Notes: generated from the letters alone by a model not told the origin. DNA of 64,000 bases from Dehalococcoidia bacterium (GCA_965218945.1 OZ244718.1:3005700-3069699), one strand, 5' to 3'; counted from the stretch's first letter, positions 26,471-36,947 are shown. Numbers and translations: made by a program.

Positions 26471-27003
26471 CTCGCCTTGGGTTTCCGTGCTAACCCTTCG
26501 TTGGACTATCGGGGCGCAGCCTGCTCAGGCAAGCGCAGGAGTCTCGTGCAAGTCGCTGCCTTGCCGGGCGAATCCGGCTATGGCTGGACTTGCGGCTCAA
26601 ACGCCTCTACTTGAATTTTAAGCTACATAGCTACACCAAGGCAAGGATTGGGGTGGTCTGATAAGGCATCAGCTTGTAGCTGAACGGCCGCGCTGTCCTA
26701 TTTCTAGAGGGTACAGGGAATTTATTGATTGAGACACTATCTCGCGCTCTGCATCTCCTTACTTGGCACACTGTTTGCCCCACTATTTGACAGCTTTTGC
26801 AGGCGCTATTCGTATCTGCATTATACGGATCTACGCGACATGCGTTCATTATTTGGCAGCCTGTTTGACAACAAACTTGTCACCATTGAGAACCCTTCCC
26901 CGCTCATGTGCACTGACAAGCTTACCTCCGAACCAAGTGCGATGGACAGGCCATTAGGAAATGGTGGCGCGGCCGGCAGTGGTTGGGAGAGAATAAGCCT
27001 TCA

Positions 27004-27032
27004 TTGACACGACTGGGAAGGGGTAGTATATT
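27004..27032 (+). promoter_or_regulatory. sigma70-type promoter of the nuo operon
   Basis: Perfect -35 TTGACA (27004-27009), an exact 17-nt spacer, and -10 TATATT (27027-27032), 66 nt upstream of the nuoA GTG. Confidence 0.65.
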
Positions 27033-27097
27033 CTGGGTGCGGTCATTGATTCTACGGGTAATGGCCCCGTATAGAGTTGTTGCTTTGGGGGCTGTAA

Positions 27098-27469
27098 GTG
27101 GCGCCTGAAGGATTCACAATAAACTACACCGCGGTAGTGGTCACAGCAATTGTGGGCGCCATCGCAATGGGCATCATGTTTGCAGCGTCCTTCGTCTTGT
27201 CCCCAAAGAGGCGGTCCACGCTCAAGGATATGCCCTACGAGTGCGGCATCCCGCCGGAGCCTTACGCTTGGTCCCAGCTCCATATGCGGTACTACATCTT
27301 CGCTATCCTGTTCCTCATATTCGACGTTGAGGCCGTCTTCTTGTTTCCCTGGGCCGTCGTCTTCCTCACAAGCATAGAGGCGGTGTTCTACGAGATGCTC
27401 ATATTCATCGCCATTCTATTCTTCGGAATAGTTTACGGCTGGAGGAAGGGAGTGCTGCAATGGAGGTGA
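27098..27469 (+). CDS. nuoA: NADH-quinone oxidoreductase subunit A
   Basis: GTG start. Three TM helices. PYECGI motif. Confidence 0.9.
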   Translation: MAPEGFTINYTAVVVTAIVGAIAMGIMFAASFVLSPKRRSTLKDMPYECGIPPEPYAWSQLHMRYYIFAILFLIFDVEAVFLFPWAVVFLTSIEAVFYEMLIFIAILFFGIVYGWRKGVLQWR

Positions 27470-27981
27470 CCACCGGAACAGGCAACCAAGAGCCTAGGAG
27501 CCTTCTCAACAGGGCCGCTCCGGGAATTTTGACGGGCAGGTCTGAGGAGCTCATTGCTCTGGCCAGGAAGTCGTCCCTGTGGCCCATGACATTCGGACTG
27601 GCCTGCTGCGCCATAGAGATGATCAGCACATACATGGCCCACCACGACCTGGACCGCTTCGGGATAGTCACCTGGCCTTCGCCACGGCAGTCGGACGTGA
27701 TGATTGTAGCGGGGACGGTGGTGAAGAAGATGGCGGAGCCGATAAAGATTCTCTACGAGCAAATGCCGGAACCCAAGTGGGTGATAGCAATGGGCAGCTG
27801 CGCCACCAACGGGGGGCCGTACTACAGGTCCTACTCCGTGGTCATGGGGGTCGACCACATCGTCCCTGTGGACGTGTACGTGCCCGGTTGCCCCCCAAGG
27901 CCGGAGGCCCTTATGGAGGGCATCTTGAAGCTCCAAGACAAGATCTCGCTGGACGCCAAAGAGCGTGGTCGAAAGGCGTAG
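27460..27981 (+). CDS. nuoB: NADH-quinone oxidoreductase subunit B
   Basis: N2 cluster cysteines [17 protein letters not shown] and CPPRPE. Confidence 0.95.
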   Translation: MEVTTGTGNQEPRSLLNRAAPGILTGRSEELIALARKSSLWPMTFGLACCAIEMISTYMAHHDLDRFGIVTWPSPRQSDVMIVAGTVVKKMAEPIKILYEQMPEPKWVIAMGSCATNGGPYYRSYSVVMGVDHIVPVDVYVPGCPPRPEALMEGILKLQDKISLDAKERGRKA

Positions 27982-28477
27982 GCGGGAGCAGGCCACCCAG
28001 GCCCAAGTCACGCTGGACGAGAAGGGCCGCATCCTTGAAGGGCTGCTCCCCGACGCGCTGGGGGAATTTGAGCCGGAGATAGCGGCTTCCTTTGACCTTG
28101 TAGAGGTCACGGTCAAGCCCGATAGCGTCCCATCCGTGTGCTCGATCCTCAAAGAGAACCCGGATCTGGCCTTCGACTTCCTCTTGTGCCTGTGCGTGGT
28201 GGATTACGAGGAGCATCTCCAGGTGGTCTACCATCTGTACAGCACCGTCAAGAAGCACAAGATGGTGCTCAAGGCCAGCGTCCCCACGGAAGATCCCACT
28301 ATTCCCACCATCATATCGGTGTGGCCCGGAGCCGACTGGTTCGAGCGCGAGGGGCACGACCTTTTCGGGGTGGTCTTCGAAGGCCATCCCAACATGACGC
28401 CCCTTCTGCTGTACGAGGGGTTCGAGGGATACCCCGGTCGGAAGAGCTATGATTTCAACGACTACACCGAATGGTAG
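27965..28477 (+). CDS. nuoC: NADH-quinone oxidoreductase subunit C
   Basis: [23 protein letters not shown] signature. Confidence 0.9.
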   Translation: MVERRRREQATQAQVTLDEKGRILEGLLPDALGEFEPEIAASFDLVEVTVKPDSVPSVCSILKENPDLAFDFLLCLCVVDYEEHLQVVYHLYSTVKKHKMVLKASVPTEDPTIPTIISVWPGADWFEREGHDLFGVVFEGHPNMTPLLLYEGFEGYPGRKSYDFNDYTEW

Positions 28478-28496
28478 CTAAGGACTTGGTGACGCA

Positions 28497-29609
28497 GTGA
28501 GCACGGAGAACCAACTGGACATGGTCCAGATGATGGTCAACATGGGGCCTCAGCACCCCAGCACTCACGGCGTCTTCCGTATGCTTCTCTGGGTAGACGG
28601 AGAGCGCATTGTGGACGTTGAGCCGCACATTGGGTACCTCCACAGAGGCGCGGAGAAGCTGTGCGAGGGGGAGCTTTACGCCCAGATAGTCACCCTCTTC
28701 GACCGCCTGGACTACATATCCAACTTCAACAACGAGCTGGTCTTCTGCATGGCGACGGAGAAGCTCATGGGCCTGGAGATCCCCGAACGAGCGGAGTACA
28801 TCCGCGTGCTCATGTGCGAGCTGAACCGCGTAGCCAGCCATCTTCTCTTCTTTGGGACAATGGGGCTGGACGTTGGGGCCATGACTCCGGTCATGTACAC
28901 GTTCCGGGACAGGGAGAAGATCCAGTCCCTCTTCGAGGCCGTGAGCGGCGCTCGGATGATGCACAACTACATACGCATAGGAGGCGTCAAGAACGACCTG
29001 CCGGACGACTTCTCCCAGCACATGGCCCGGCTCATCCCGGAGATCAAGCAGGGAATCGATGAGGCGGACAGGCTGCTGAGCTTCAGCGAGATATTCCTGG
29101 CCCGCACCAAGGGCATCGGGGTCATTGACGCGGAGACGGCCATAGCCAACGGGATGAGTGGCCCTTCTCTGAGAGCCACCGGGGTGCCTATGGACGTGCG
29201 AAAGGACGAGCCGTACTCCGTGTACGACCGCTTCGATTTCGGCATCCCCATCGGCGAGAAAGGCGACTGCTGGGACAGGTTCTATGTTCGCGTGGAGGAG
29301 ATGCGGCAGTCCCTCCGCATCATCGAGCAGGCGATGGACCAGATTGAGGCCGGGCCGGTGGCGGTCCCCGTCAGGATTGTACTCCGACCTCCCGAGGGCG
29401 AGGTGTACGTGCGTGCCGAGAACCCCCGGGGCGAGATAGGAGTGTACCTTGTGAGCAAGGGGGCAGACAGGCCCTACCGCGTGAAGGTGCGCCCGCCCTC
29501 TTTCTGCAACCTGATGTCCCTGAAGCACCTGCTCAAGGACTGCTACGTGGCCGACTCCGTGGTGATACTCGGCTCCTTGGACGTGGTGCTCGGAGAGGTG
29601 GACCGGTGA
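28497..29609 (+). CDS. nuoD: NADH-quinone oxidoreductase subunit D
   Basis: NMGPQHPSTHGVFR ... GYLHRG.EK ... LGEVDR. GTG start. Confidence 0.95.
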   Translation: MSTENQLDMVQMMVNMGPQHPSTHGVFRMLLWVDGERIVDVEPHIGYLHRGAEKLCEGELYAQIVTLFDRLDYISNFNNELVFCMATEKLMGLEIPERAEYIRVLMCELNRVASHLLFFGTMGLDVGAMTPVMYTFRDREKIQSLFEAVSGARMMHNYIRIGGVKNDLPDDFSQHMARLIPEIKQGIDEADRLLSFSEIFLARTKGIGVIDAETAIANGMSGPSLRATGVPMDVRKDEPYSVYDRFDFGIPIGEKGDCWDRFYVRVEEMRQSLRIIEQAMDQIEAGPVAVPVRIVLRPPEGEVYVRAENPRGEIGVYLVSKGADRPYRVKVRPPSFCNLMSLKHLLKDCYVADSVVILGSLDVVLGEVDR

Positions 29610-30724
29610 ACCTCTTGGACGTGGGCATACTGGTCGTGCTCGTCCTGGTGCTGCTGACGGCCCTGTCCGTCGTTGTCCTCTCCCTGACGTGGCTCGAGAG
29701 GAAGTTCCTGGGTCGCATTCAGATGCGGATGGGCCCCACGCGCGTCGGTCCTTTCGGGCTGCTCCAGCCGGTTGCCGACGCCATCAAGCTCATGTCCAAG
29801 GAGGATATACTGCCGGGAGAGGTGAACCGGGCGGTGTACTGGGTGGCTCCTCTAGCCGTGTTTGTGCCCACCTTTATGATATGGGTCACCATCCCCTTTG
29901 CAAGGGACGTGGTCATACGCAACCTGGAGATGGGCCTTTTCTACATTGTAGCTCTTTCGGTGCTGTCCATAGTGGGTCTTGTGTGCGCGGGCTGGGCCTC
30001 CGCAAACAAGTACGCCGTGCTGGGAGGGTTCAGGGCGGCCGCGCAGCTAATAAGCTACGAGATTCCCCTGATACTAGCGGTCCTGGGCGTAGCGATGCTG
30101 GGCCAGACCCTCAACATAGAGGAGGTTGTGGAGAACCAGTCGCCCGTCCCGTACATCCTGATTCAGCCCCTCGGGATGGTGATATTCCTCATCGCCGGAC
30201 TGGCGGAGCTTGGGCGCACCCCCTTCGACATTCATCCGGCGGAGTCGGAGGTTGTGGGCGGCCCCTTCGTGGAGTACAGCGGGGCGCACTGGTCCGTGTT
30301 CTTCCTGGCCGAGTACATCAACACCTTCGCCATCGCTGCCCTGACCGTGCTCCTGTTCCTGGGAGGCTGGCGCATCCCGTTCGTCTCCGACGACCTCACG
30401 GTGGCCGGAGTCGGAGTGTTCCTGGTGAAGACGTACATGGTCATCCTTGTCATATTCTGGATACGCGGCACCTTTCCGCGACTGCGCATCGATCAGCTGA
30501 TGAGCCTGGGATGGAAGGTGCTGGTGCCACTGTCGTTCGTGAACATCATCATAACCGGAGTGTACCTGTTCTACGGCTGGCCCGCCTGGACCCTTACCAT
30601 CATGTCGCTGGGCATTCTGGTCGGGACCGCTTGGGGTCTGAGCAAGCGCATGAAGACGCTTCCTGCGCACGAGAACACGGTGCGTCTGTACACTCCGCCG
30701 CAGGAGGTGGGCGATGCCAGGTGA
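29606..30724 (+). CDS. nuoH: NADH-quinone oxidoreductase subunit H
   Basis: ERKFLGRIQMRMGPTRVGPFGLLQPVADAIKL, with 8 TM helices. Confidence 0.95.
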   Translation: MNLLDVGILVVLVLVLLTALSVVVLSLTWLERKFLGRIQMRMGPTRVGPFGLLQPVADAIKLMSKEDILPGEVNRAVYWVAPLAVFVPTFMIWVTIPFARDVVIRNLEMGLFYIVALSVLSIVGLVCAGWASANKYAVLGGFRAAAQLISYEIPLILAVLGVAMLGQTLNIEEVVENQSPVPYILIQPLGMVIFLIAGLAELGRTPFDIHPAESEVVGGPFVEYSGAHWSVFFLAEYINTFAIAALTVLLFLGGWRIPFVSDDLTVAGVGVFLVKTYMVILVIFWIRGTFPRLRIDQLMSLGWKVLVPLSFVNIIITGVYLFYGWPAWTLTIMSLGILVGTAWGLSKRMKTLPAHENTVRLYTPPQEVGDAR

Positions 30725-30778
30725 TGTCAAAGTTATGCTTGTCGCAGCCGTCTTGCAGTCGTCCGAAGGAGGTAGCAA

Positions 30779-31276
30779 ATGCTTGGCAATCTGAAGGGCC
30801 TTGTGGTGACTCTGACCACCCTGTTCCGCAAGCCGGTGACATACCAGTACCCTGCCGCCCACAAGCCCATTGAGCCGCGCTACATGGGCTTTCCCGTCCT
30901 TACCTGGGACCAGCAGGTGGGCGAGCCGTACTGCACCGGCTGCATGGTGTGCGTACGCTACTGCCCCACGCAGTGCATGTCCGCGGTGATGAAGGACAAT
31001 CCGCTTCACGCCGACGGCCAGAGCTCCCGCCGGAAGATAGTGGACAGCTTCGAGATAAACCTGGGCCGGTGCATCGTGTGCGGGATATGCGTGGACGTGT
31101 GCAACTTCGACGCCATTGAGATGAGCCACGAGCACGAGATGAGCAAATTCGCCCGCAACGACAATCGCACGGACCTTGAAAAACTGCTCGACATGGGCAA
31201 GAGCTACCAGCAGGAGGTTGGCTGGAGACCCAAGAAGGGAGCCGAGGAAGAGGAAGCCGCGGAGACCGAGAGCTAA
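30779..31276 (+). CDS. nuoI: NADH-quinone oxidoreductase subunit I
   Basis: Two 4Fe-4S motifs (CTGCMVCVRYCP, CIVCGICVDVCN). Confidence 0.9.
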   Translation: MLGNLKGLVVTLTTLFRKPVTYQYPAAHKPIEPRYMGFPVLTWDQQVGEPYCTGCMVCVRYCPTQCMSAVMKDNPLHADGQSSRRKIVDSFEINLGRCIVCGICVDVCNFDAIEMSHEHEMSKFARNDNRTDLEKLLDMGKSYQQEVGWRPKKGAEEEEAAETES

Positions 31277-31278
31277 AT

Positions 31279-31767
31279 ATGACAATAGCCGTATTCTACG
31301 TCCTGGCGGCGATCTGCCTGGGAGGCGCCCTGGGAGTGGTGATGACGCGTAACGTAGTGTACGCCGCGTTGCTGCTCCTCCTCTCTCTGTTGGGCGTGGC
31401 TGGTCTATACCTGCTTCTGCTGGCTGAGTTCCTGGCGCTTGTCCAGATACTCATCTACGGAGGCGCTATCACTATAGTCGCGCTTTTCGTCATTATGCTG
31501 ACGCGCCAACAGGAGTTCCGGTCCATGACGGACAACCCCCAGTGGCCGCTGGCGGCGGTTGTTGCGATAGCGGTGTTCGCGGTGCTGTTTGCGGCAATGA
31601 GAGAGGGTAGTCCCTTCGCAAGCGAGCGGGGGTCGCTGGGATTTGCGGAGCTTGGGGACAGCCTCTTTGCGCAGTGGGCCGTTCCCTTCGAGATCGCTTC
31701 TCTGGTGCTGCTGGTTGCCCTGATTGGGGCCATCGTCATCGCGCGGGAAGGCGGTGAAGAGGAGTGA
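31279..31767 (+). CDS. nuoJ: NADH-quinone oxidoreductase subunit J
   Basis: 162 aa, 5 TM helices, YGGAITIV motif, and the expected position in the operon. Confidence 0.85.
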   Translation: MTIAVFYVLAAICLGGALGVVMTRNVVYAALLLLLSLLGVAGLYLLLLAEFLALVQILIYGGAITIVALFVIMLTRQQEFRSMTDNPQWPLAAVVAIAVFAVLFAAMREGSPFASERGSLGFAELGDSLFAQWAVPFEIASLVLLVALIGAIVIAREGGEEE

Positions 31768-32075
31768 CGATCACCCTGCTCCACTTCCAGGTGCTCAGCG
31801 CGGCCCTCTTCTCCATAGGGATATACGGTGTGCTCGCGCGGCGCAGCGCGGTGCTCATTCTGCTGGCCCTTGAGCTTATGCTGAACGCCGTCAACATCAA
31901 CCTGATAGCGTATGCAGCGTACATAGAGGATATCCGGGCTACCGGACAGGTCATCGCAATATTCGTCATTACCGTTGCGGCAGCGGAGGTGGGACTGGCA
32001 ATGGCCATAATCCTGCGTCTGTTCCGCAACCGCGCTTCGGTGGATGTGGATGAGGTGGACATTATGAAATGGTAG
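31764..32075 (+). CDS. nuoK: NADH-quinone oxidoreductase subunit K
   Basis: 103 aa, 3 TM helices, LELMLNAVN and AAAEVGLA motifs. Confidence 0.9.
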   Translation: MTITLLHFQVLSAALFSIGIYGVLARRSAVLILLALELMLNAVNINLIAYAAYIEDIRATGQVIAIFVITVAAAEVGLAMAIILRLFRNRASVDVDEVDIMKW

Positions 32076-32088
32076 GTGCTCTACACCA

Positions 32089-33981
32089 ATGCCGGAGACA
32101 AGCAACTCGATGATTGGGATGGTACCAGCAGCATGGCTGGCGCCTGTATTTTGCTTAGCCGCCTTTACGGTCATTGCGGTTCTTGGCCGGTTCCTCCCGC
32201 GACAGGGGGCGCACCTGTCCGTTCTGGCTATTCTGGCGGGCTTTGGCGTCTTCTGGTACGTTCTAACGGGCTTCCTCTCCTCGGGAGGGGGAACCTACCA
32301 GTTACAATGGTTCACCGTGGGCGATGTCACCCTATCCTGGGGCATCATAGTGGACGAGCTTTCCATTGTTATGCTGGGGCTTGTGACCCTGGTCGCGCTG
32401 GCAGTCCAGGTGTACTCCCTCAGCTACATGAAGGACGAGCCGGCCTTCGGATGGTACTTCGCCGTCCACTCACTGTTCGCCGCCGCCATGCTGACCCTGA
32501 TTCTCGCGGACAACTTCCTTCTCCTGTACATCGCATGGGAGCTGGTGGGCCTCTGCTCCTACCTGTTGATAGGCTTCTGGTATCAGCGCCGCTCTGCGGC
32601 CGAGGCGGCCAAAAAGGCCTTTATCACCACGCGGATTGGCGACGTGGGTCTTCTCATAGGCATCCTGCTGCTGTTCAACGAGACGGGCACTTTCGACATT
32701 GCCACCATAATCCACGTTGCCGAGCAGGGCGCAATAAGCTCCGGCACGCTGACGGCGGCGCTGCTGCTCATCTTCCTGGGCGCAATGGGCAAGTCCGCCC
32801 AGTTCCCGCTGCACGTTTGGCTGCCCGACGCCATGGAGGGTCCGACGCCGGTCAGCGCTCTCATCCACGCAGCGACGATGGTGGTTGCAGGCGTCTTCCT
32901 GGTGGCCCGCATATTCCCCCTCTTCGTCCTCTCGCCCGACGCGATGCTGGTGGTGGCCGTCATTGGCCTCACTACGGCCCTCGTCGCGGCGGCAATGGCC
33001 CTTGTGATGACCGACCTCAAGCGGGTGCTGGCCTACTCCACCATAAGCCACCTGGGATTTATGATGCTGGCCCTGGGAGCGGGCGGATACACCGCCGCTA
33101 TCTTCCACCTCGTGGCCCACGCCTTCGCGAAGGCGCTGCTCTTCCTGGGCGCCGGCAGCGTCACCCACGGCACCGACAAGACGGACATCCGGGACATGGG
33201 CGGCCTGCGAAAGCGAATGCCCCTGACCTTCGTCACCTTCGGCATCGGCGCGCTGGCCCTGGCGGGCATACCGCCCCTGGGCGGGTTCTTCAGCAAGGAC
33301 GAGATCCTGGTGGCAGTGCTGGACGGCAGGCATCCGATATTCTTTGTGCTGGTCCTGGTCGCCGCGCTTATGAGCGCGCTGTACATGGCTCGCGTCTTCT
33401 TCCTGGTGTTCTTCGGAGAGCTTAAACGTGAAAACAACCGCGCTCACGAGTCGCCTCTGCTTATGGTGCTCCCCCTGGCGGTGCTGGCTGTCCTCGCTCT
33501 GACCGCCGGCCTATTGGCGCCTGCCTGGACGTCGGACTACCAGGGGTTTGGCGCGTGGCTCTTCCACGATGAGCCTCACGCCTACAAGGTGAACGTCATG
33601 GTCATGGCGCTGTCCGTAGCGCTGGCCGTGGGCGGCTTCGCCCTGGGCTGGGCGCTCTACGTGAAGGGGTCGCTGTCCCCGGACCGCATACGACAGCAGA
33701 TGTCGGGCCTGCACACGCTGACGGTCAACAAGTTCTACATCGACGAGCTGTACCAGTGGGGCATCGACCGCGTCGTTCTGGTCTTCGCCAACTTCATGGC
33801 CATCTTCGACCGCATTGTGGTGAACGATACGGGGGTGAACGGCACGGGACGCTCGGTGCTCCTGTCGGGATTGCGGCTGCGGTACATAGAGACGGGCAAG
33901 GTGTACAACTACGCCCTCGGGATGGGCGTTGGCGTGGTGGTGATAGCCTTGATATGGTGGCTGGCGTTGCCCTATGTCTGA
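32089..33981 (+). CDS. nuoL: NADH-quinone oxidoreductase subunit L
   Basis: 630-aa antiporter-like subunit (GKSAQFPLHVWLPDAMEGPTPVSALIHAATMV). Confidence 0.95.
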   Translation: MPETSNSMIGMVPAAWLAPVFCLAAFTVIAVLGRFLPRQGAHLSVLAILAGFGVFWYVLTGFLSSGGGTYQLQWFTVGDVTLSWGIIVDELSIVMLGLVTLVALAVQVYSLSYMKDEPAFGWYFAVHSLFAAAMLTLILADNFLLLYIAWELVGLCSYLLIGFWYQRRSAAEAAKKAFITTRIGDVGLLIGILLLFNETGTFDIATIIHVAEQGAISSGTLTAALLLIFLGAMGKSAQFPLHVWLPDAMEGPTPVSALIHAATMVVAGVFLVARIFPLFVLSPDAMLVVAVIGLTTALVAAAMALVMTDLKRVLAYSTISHLGFMMLALGAGGYTAAIFHLVAHAFAKALLFLGAGSVTHGTDKTDIRDMGGLRKRMPLTFVTFGIGALALAGIPPLGGFFSKDEILVAVLDGRHPIFFVLVLVAALMSALYMARVFFLVFFGELKRENNRAHESPLLMVLPLAVLAVLALTAGLLAPAWTSDYQGFGAWLFHDEPHAYKVNVMVMALSVALAVGGFALGWALYVKGSLSPDRIRQQMSGLHTLTVNKFYIDELYQWGIDRVVLVFANFMAIFDRIVVNDTGVNGTGRSVLLSGLRLRYIETGKVYNYALGMGVGVVVIALIWWLALPYV

Positions 33982-33990
33982 CAAATCTAG

Positions 33991-35514
33991 GTGGAGATGA
34001 CCTTGGACTCGCTTGATTCATACGTCCTGTTTGCGCTGGTGGCGATCCCCTTCGCGTGGGGGCTCGCAATTGCCCTCTTGCCGCCGGAGAGCCGTCAGGC
34101 CATCCGGGTCTTGTCGGTGGCGGTGTCCCTGGTTCTCCTGGCCCTGTCCACCTACGTCTTCCTGGGATACGACAAGGAAGCGGCCGGGTACCAGTTTATG
34201 CGGGAGTTCCAGTGGCTTGACTCCCTGGGCATCGCGCTTGCGCTGGGCGTGGATGGCATCTCCGTCCCGATGGTTTTCCTGACCGGCATAGTGACCTTTA
34301 CGGGCGTCCTCATCTCCTGGAACATCTCATCGGACATGCCGCGCCGTATGAAGGACTTCTTCGTCCTCTTCTTCCTGCTGGTGGCCGGCGTCTACGGGGT
34401 GTTCGTCTCGCTGGACCTCTTCTTCCTGTTCTTCTTCTACGAGCTGGCCGTGCTGCCCATGTACCTGCTCATCGGCGTGTGGGGAAGCAGCAGCGACTTC
34501 GGCACGTTCCTGCGACCCAAGGAGTACGGGGCGATGAAGCTCATGCTCTACCTCGTCGCGGGCAGCATACTGGTATGGATTGCGATTCTGGCGGTCTACG
34601 TTGAGAGCGGGATGGGGACTTTCTCCTTCCTGGCGCTGCAGAACGCCACCTTCTCCGAGGGCTTCCAGAAGTTCTTCTTCCTGCTGTTCATGGTGGGCTT
34701 CGGCGTGCTGGCGGGTCTCTGGCCCTTCCACACGTGGTCGCCGGACGGCCACGTGGCCGCGCCGACGGCGGTGAGCATGCTTCACGCCGGCGTGCTGATG
34801 AAGCTGGGCGCATACGGCATCATCCGGCTGGGAATCGACCTGCTGCCGGAGGGCGCGCAGTGGGGGGCGCAGTGGCTCATCATCCTTGGCATTATCAACG
34901 TGGTCTACGGCGCGGTGGCCGCTATGGGACAGCGCGACCTCAAGTACGTTGTGGGCTACTCCAGCGTCAGCCACATGGGATACGTACTGGTGGGATTCGC
35001 CACGCTCAACTCCTTTGGATTGAGCGGCGCTGTGCTCCAGATGTTCTCCCACGGCATTATGACGGCCCTCTTCTTTGCTCTTGTGGGCGCCATCTACGAC
35101 CGCGCGCACGTCCGGGACATCGGCGTCCTTGAGGGCTTGACCAGGCGCATGCCCCTGACCTCGGCCTTCTTTGCAGTTGCCGGCCTGACCTCTCTGGGAC
35201 TGCCCGGGCTGAGCGGGTTTGTGGCTGAGCTGATGGTGTTCATCGGCGCGTTCAGGGACTATCCAATTATCGGAATGCTCGGCATCGTGGGAGCGGCCAT
35301 CACTGCGGTCTACATCCTGCGGCTGCTGGGCAAGGTGTTCTTCGGCCCCATCAGCCCGCAGTGGGTGCGACTTACGGACGCAACGCGCCTCGAAGGGTTC
35401 TCGATGGCCATCCTGGTGGCTTTCCTGGTCGGGGTGGGTCTGTATCCGCGGCCGTGGATGGACCTGATTAACAGCGGCGTGGCTCCTCTGCTGGAAAGGG
35501 TGGTTGGGCTGTAA
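33991..35514 (+). CDS. nuoM: NADH-quinone oxidoreductase subunit M
   Basis: 507-aa antiporter-like subunit (PFHTWSPDGHVAAPTAVSMLHAGVLMKLG). Confidence 0.95.
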   Translation: MEMTLDSLDSYVLFALVAIPFAWGLAIALLPPESRQAIRVLSVAVSLVLLALSTYVFLGYDKEAAGYQFMREFQWLDSLGIALALGVDGISVPMVFLTGIVTFTGVLISWNISSDMPRRMKDFFVLFFLLVAGVYGVFVSLDLFFLFFFYELAVLPMYLLIGVWGSSSDFGTFLRPKEYGAMKLMLYLVAGSILVWIAILAVYVESGMGTFSFLALQNATFSEGFQKFFFLLFMVGFGVLAGLWPFHTWSPDGHVAAPTAVSMLHAGVLMKLGAYGIIRLGIDLLPEGAQWGAQWLIILGIINVVYGAVAAMGQRDLKYVVGYSSVSHMGYVLVGFATLNSFGLSGAVLQMFSHGIMTALFFALVGAIYDRAHVRDIGVLEGLTRRMPLTSAFFAVAGLTSLGLPGLSGFVAELMVFIGAFRDYPIIGMLGIVGAAITAVYILRLLGKVFFGPISPQWVRLTDATRLEGFSMAILVAFLVGVGLYPRPWMDLINSGVAPLLERVVGL

Positions 35515-36947
35515 TGAACTTCATGCTCTTCCTGCCGGAGTTCCTCCTCGCGGGCTTAGCCTTTGGCGTCCTGGGCATAGACCTGTTCCTGCCCAGGGAG
35601 AGGAAGATCTACCTGCCGTGGATAACCCTGGTGGGTCTTGTGGGCGTTTTGGTGGTGTCGCTGACCTACATGTGGGGCAGGGACACCGACCTGTACGACG
35701 GCCTGTTCCTCGTCGACAACTTCTCCCTCTTCTTCAAGGGCTTCTTCCTGGTCCTGGGCGCGCTGGTGGTGCTGATGTCCGTCGACTACGTGAAGAAGAA
35801 CTTGAGCCATCCCGGCGAGTACTACGGCATTCTGCTCTTCTCCATCCTGGGGATGATGCTGATGACTGCCGCGGGGGAGTTGCTCACTGCCTACATCTCC
35901 CTTGAGCTGCTCAGCTTCAGCCTGTACGTGCTGGTCTCCCACGGCAGGAACAACCCCAAGTCCAACGAGGCCGGCATCAAGTACATACTGCTGGGCGCTT
36001 TCGCCTCTGCGCTGCTCCTCTACGGCATCAGCCAGGTGTACGGGATGCTGGGCACGACCCGGTTCTCGGAGATACACGCGGTCCTGGCCTTCGAGCCGTC
36101 GCCCCTCAACCCGGCGTTGCTGGTGGGCCTGGCGCTCATTGTGGCCGGGCTGGGATTCAAGGTGGCCGCCGTGCCCTTCCACATGTGGGCCCCCGACGTC
36201 TACGAAGGCGCGCCTACGCCCATCACGGCGTATCTGGCCGTGGGATCTAAGGCCGCCGCCTTCGCCCTGATACTGAGGCTGTTTTCCCAGGCCTTCCTTC
36301 CGGCCATCGACGACTGGCAGATTATCCTGGTGGTGTTGGCCGCTCTGACCATGACTGTGGGTAACCTGGTGGCCCTGGCCCAGGACAACATCAAGAGAAT
36401 GCTGGCCTACTCCAGCGTAGGCCACGTGGGGTACCTGCTCCTGGGCGTGGCGGCCCTCTCGCCCTTGGCGTCCGACGGGGTTATCTTTCACCTGGCCGGG
36501 TATGGCGTGACCAACCTGGCCGCGTTTCTCTGCGTCATCATCTTCTACAATGCGACCAACCGGGAGGACATAGCCGGCTTCGCGGGCTTGGCGGACAGGG
36601 CGCCCTACCTGGCGATGGCCTTAGCCGTGGCCCTGTTCTCGCTGGCGGGACTGCCGTTCTTCGCCGGCTTCACAACCAAGTTCTACCTGTTCACCGCCGC
36701 CGCCGAGGGTGGTCTGCTGTGGCTGGTGGGGCTGGCCATCGTCAACAGCCTCATCTCCCTCTACTACTACCTGATGGTGATAAAGCAGATGTACATGGTG
36801 CCTGCCGGGGAGAACGCGCCGGTGAAGGTGTCTCTGTTGAGCGGAGGCGTCCTGGGGCTGCTGGTGCTTGGGATTATCGTCCTGGGCGTCTATCCCGGCC
36901 CCCTGGTGGACGCCATACAGGGAGCCACGGCCGCGATACTGCCGTAG
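35514..36947 (+). CDS. nuoN: NADH-quinone oxidoreductase subunit N
   Basis: 477-aa antiporter-like subunit (PFHMWAPDVYEGAPTPITAYLAVGSK). Confidence 0.95.
   Translation: MNFMLFLPEFLLAGLAFGVLGIDLFLPRERKIYLPWITLVGLVGVLVVSLTYMWGRDTDLYDGLFLVDNFSLFFKGFFLVLGALVVLMSVDYVKKNLSHPGEYYGILLFSILGMMLMTAAGELLTAYISLELLSFSLYVLVSHGRNNPKSNEAGIKYILLGAFASALLLYGISQVYGMLGTTRFSEIHAVLAFEPSPLNPALLVGLALIVAGLGFKVAAVPFHMWAPDVYEGAPTPITAYLAVGSKAAAFALILRLFSQAFLPAIDDWQIILVVLAALTMTVGNLVALAQDNIKRMLAYSSVGHVGYLLLGVAALSPLASDGVIFHLAGYGVTNLAAFLCVIIFYNATNREDIAGFAGLADRAPYLAMALAVALFSLAGLPFFAGFTTKFYLFTAAAEGGLLWLVGLAIVNSLISLYYYLMVIKQMYMVPAGENAPVKVSLLSGGVLGLLVLGIIVLGVYPGPLVDAIQGATAAILP

Noticed and set aside
26631-27007. Small ORFs in the nuo upstream spacer: 26631..26849(-), 26729..27007(+) and 26763..26957(+)
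   Set aside because: They overlap each other in an AT-rich non-coding region. They have no RBS or motif support, and their composition is unlike that of neighbouring genes.
28455-36491. Multiple long ORFs overlapping the nuo genes, for example 28455..29528(-), 29689..30873(+), 30074..31285(-), 32076..33425(+), 32470..33447(-), 34327..35109(-) and 35556..36491(-)
   Set aside because: They are alternative-frame or antisense ORFs inside strongly conserved nuoD/H/I/L/M/N coding sequence. Their translations are Arg/Gly/His/Pro-rich and carry no motifs.
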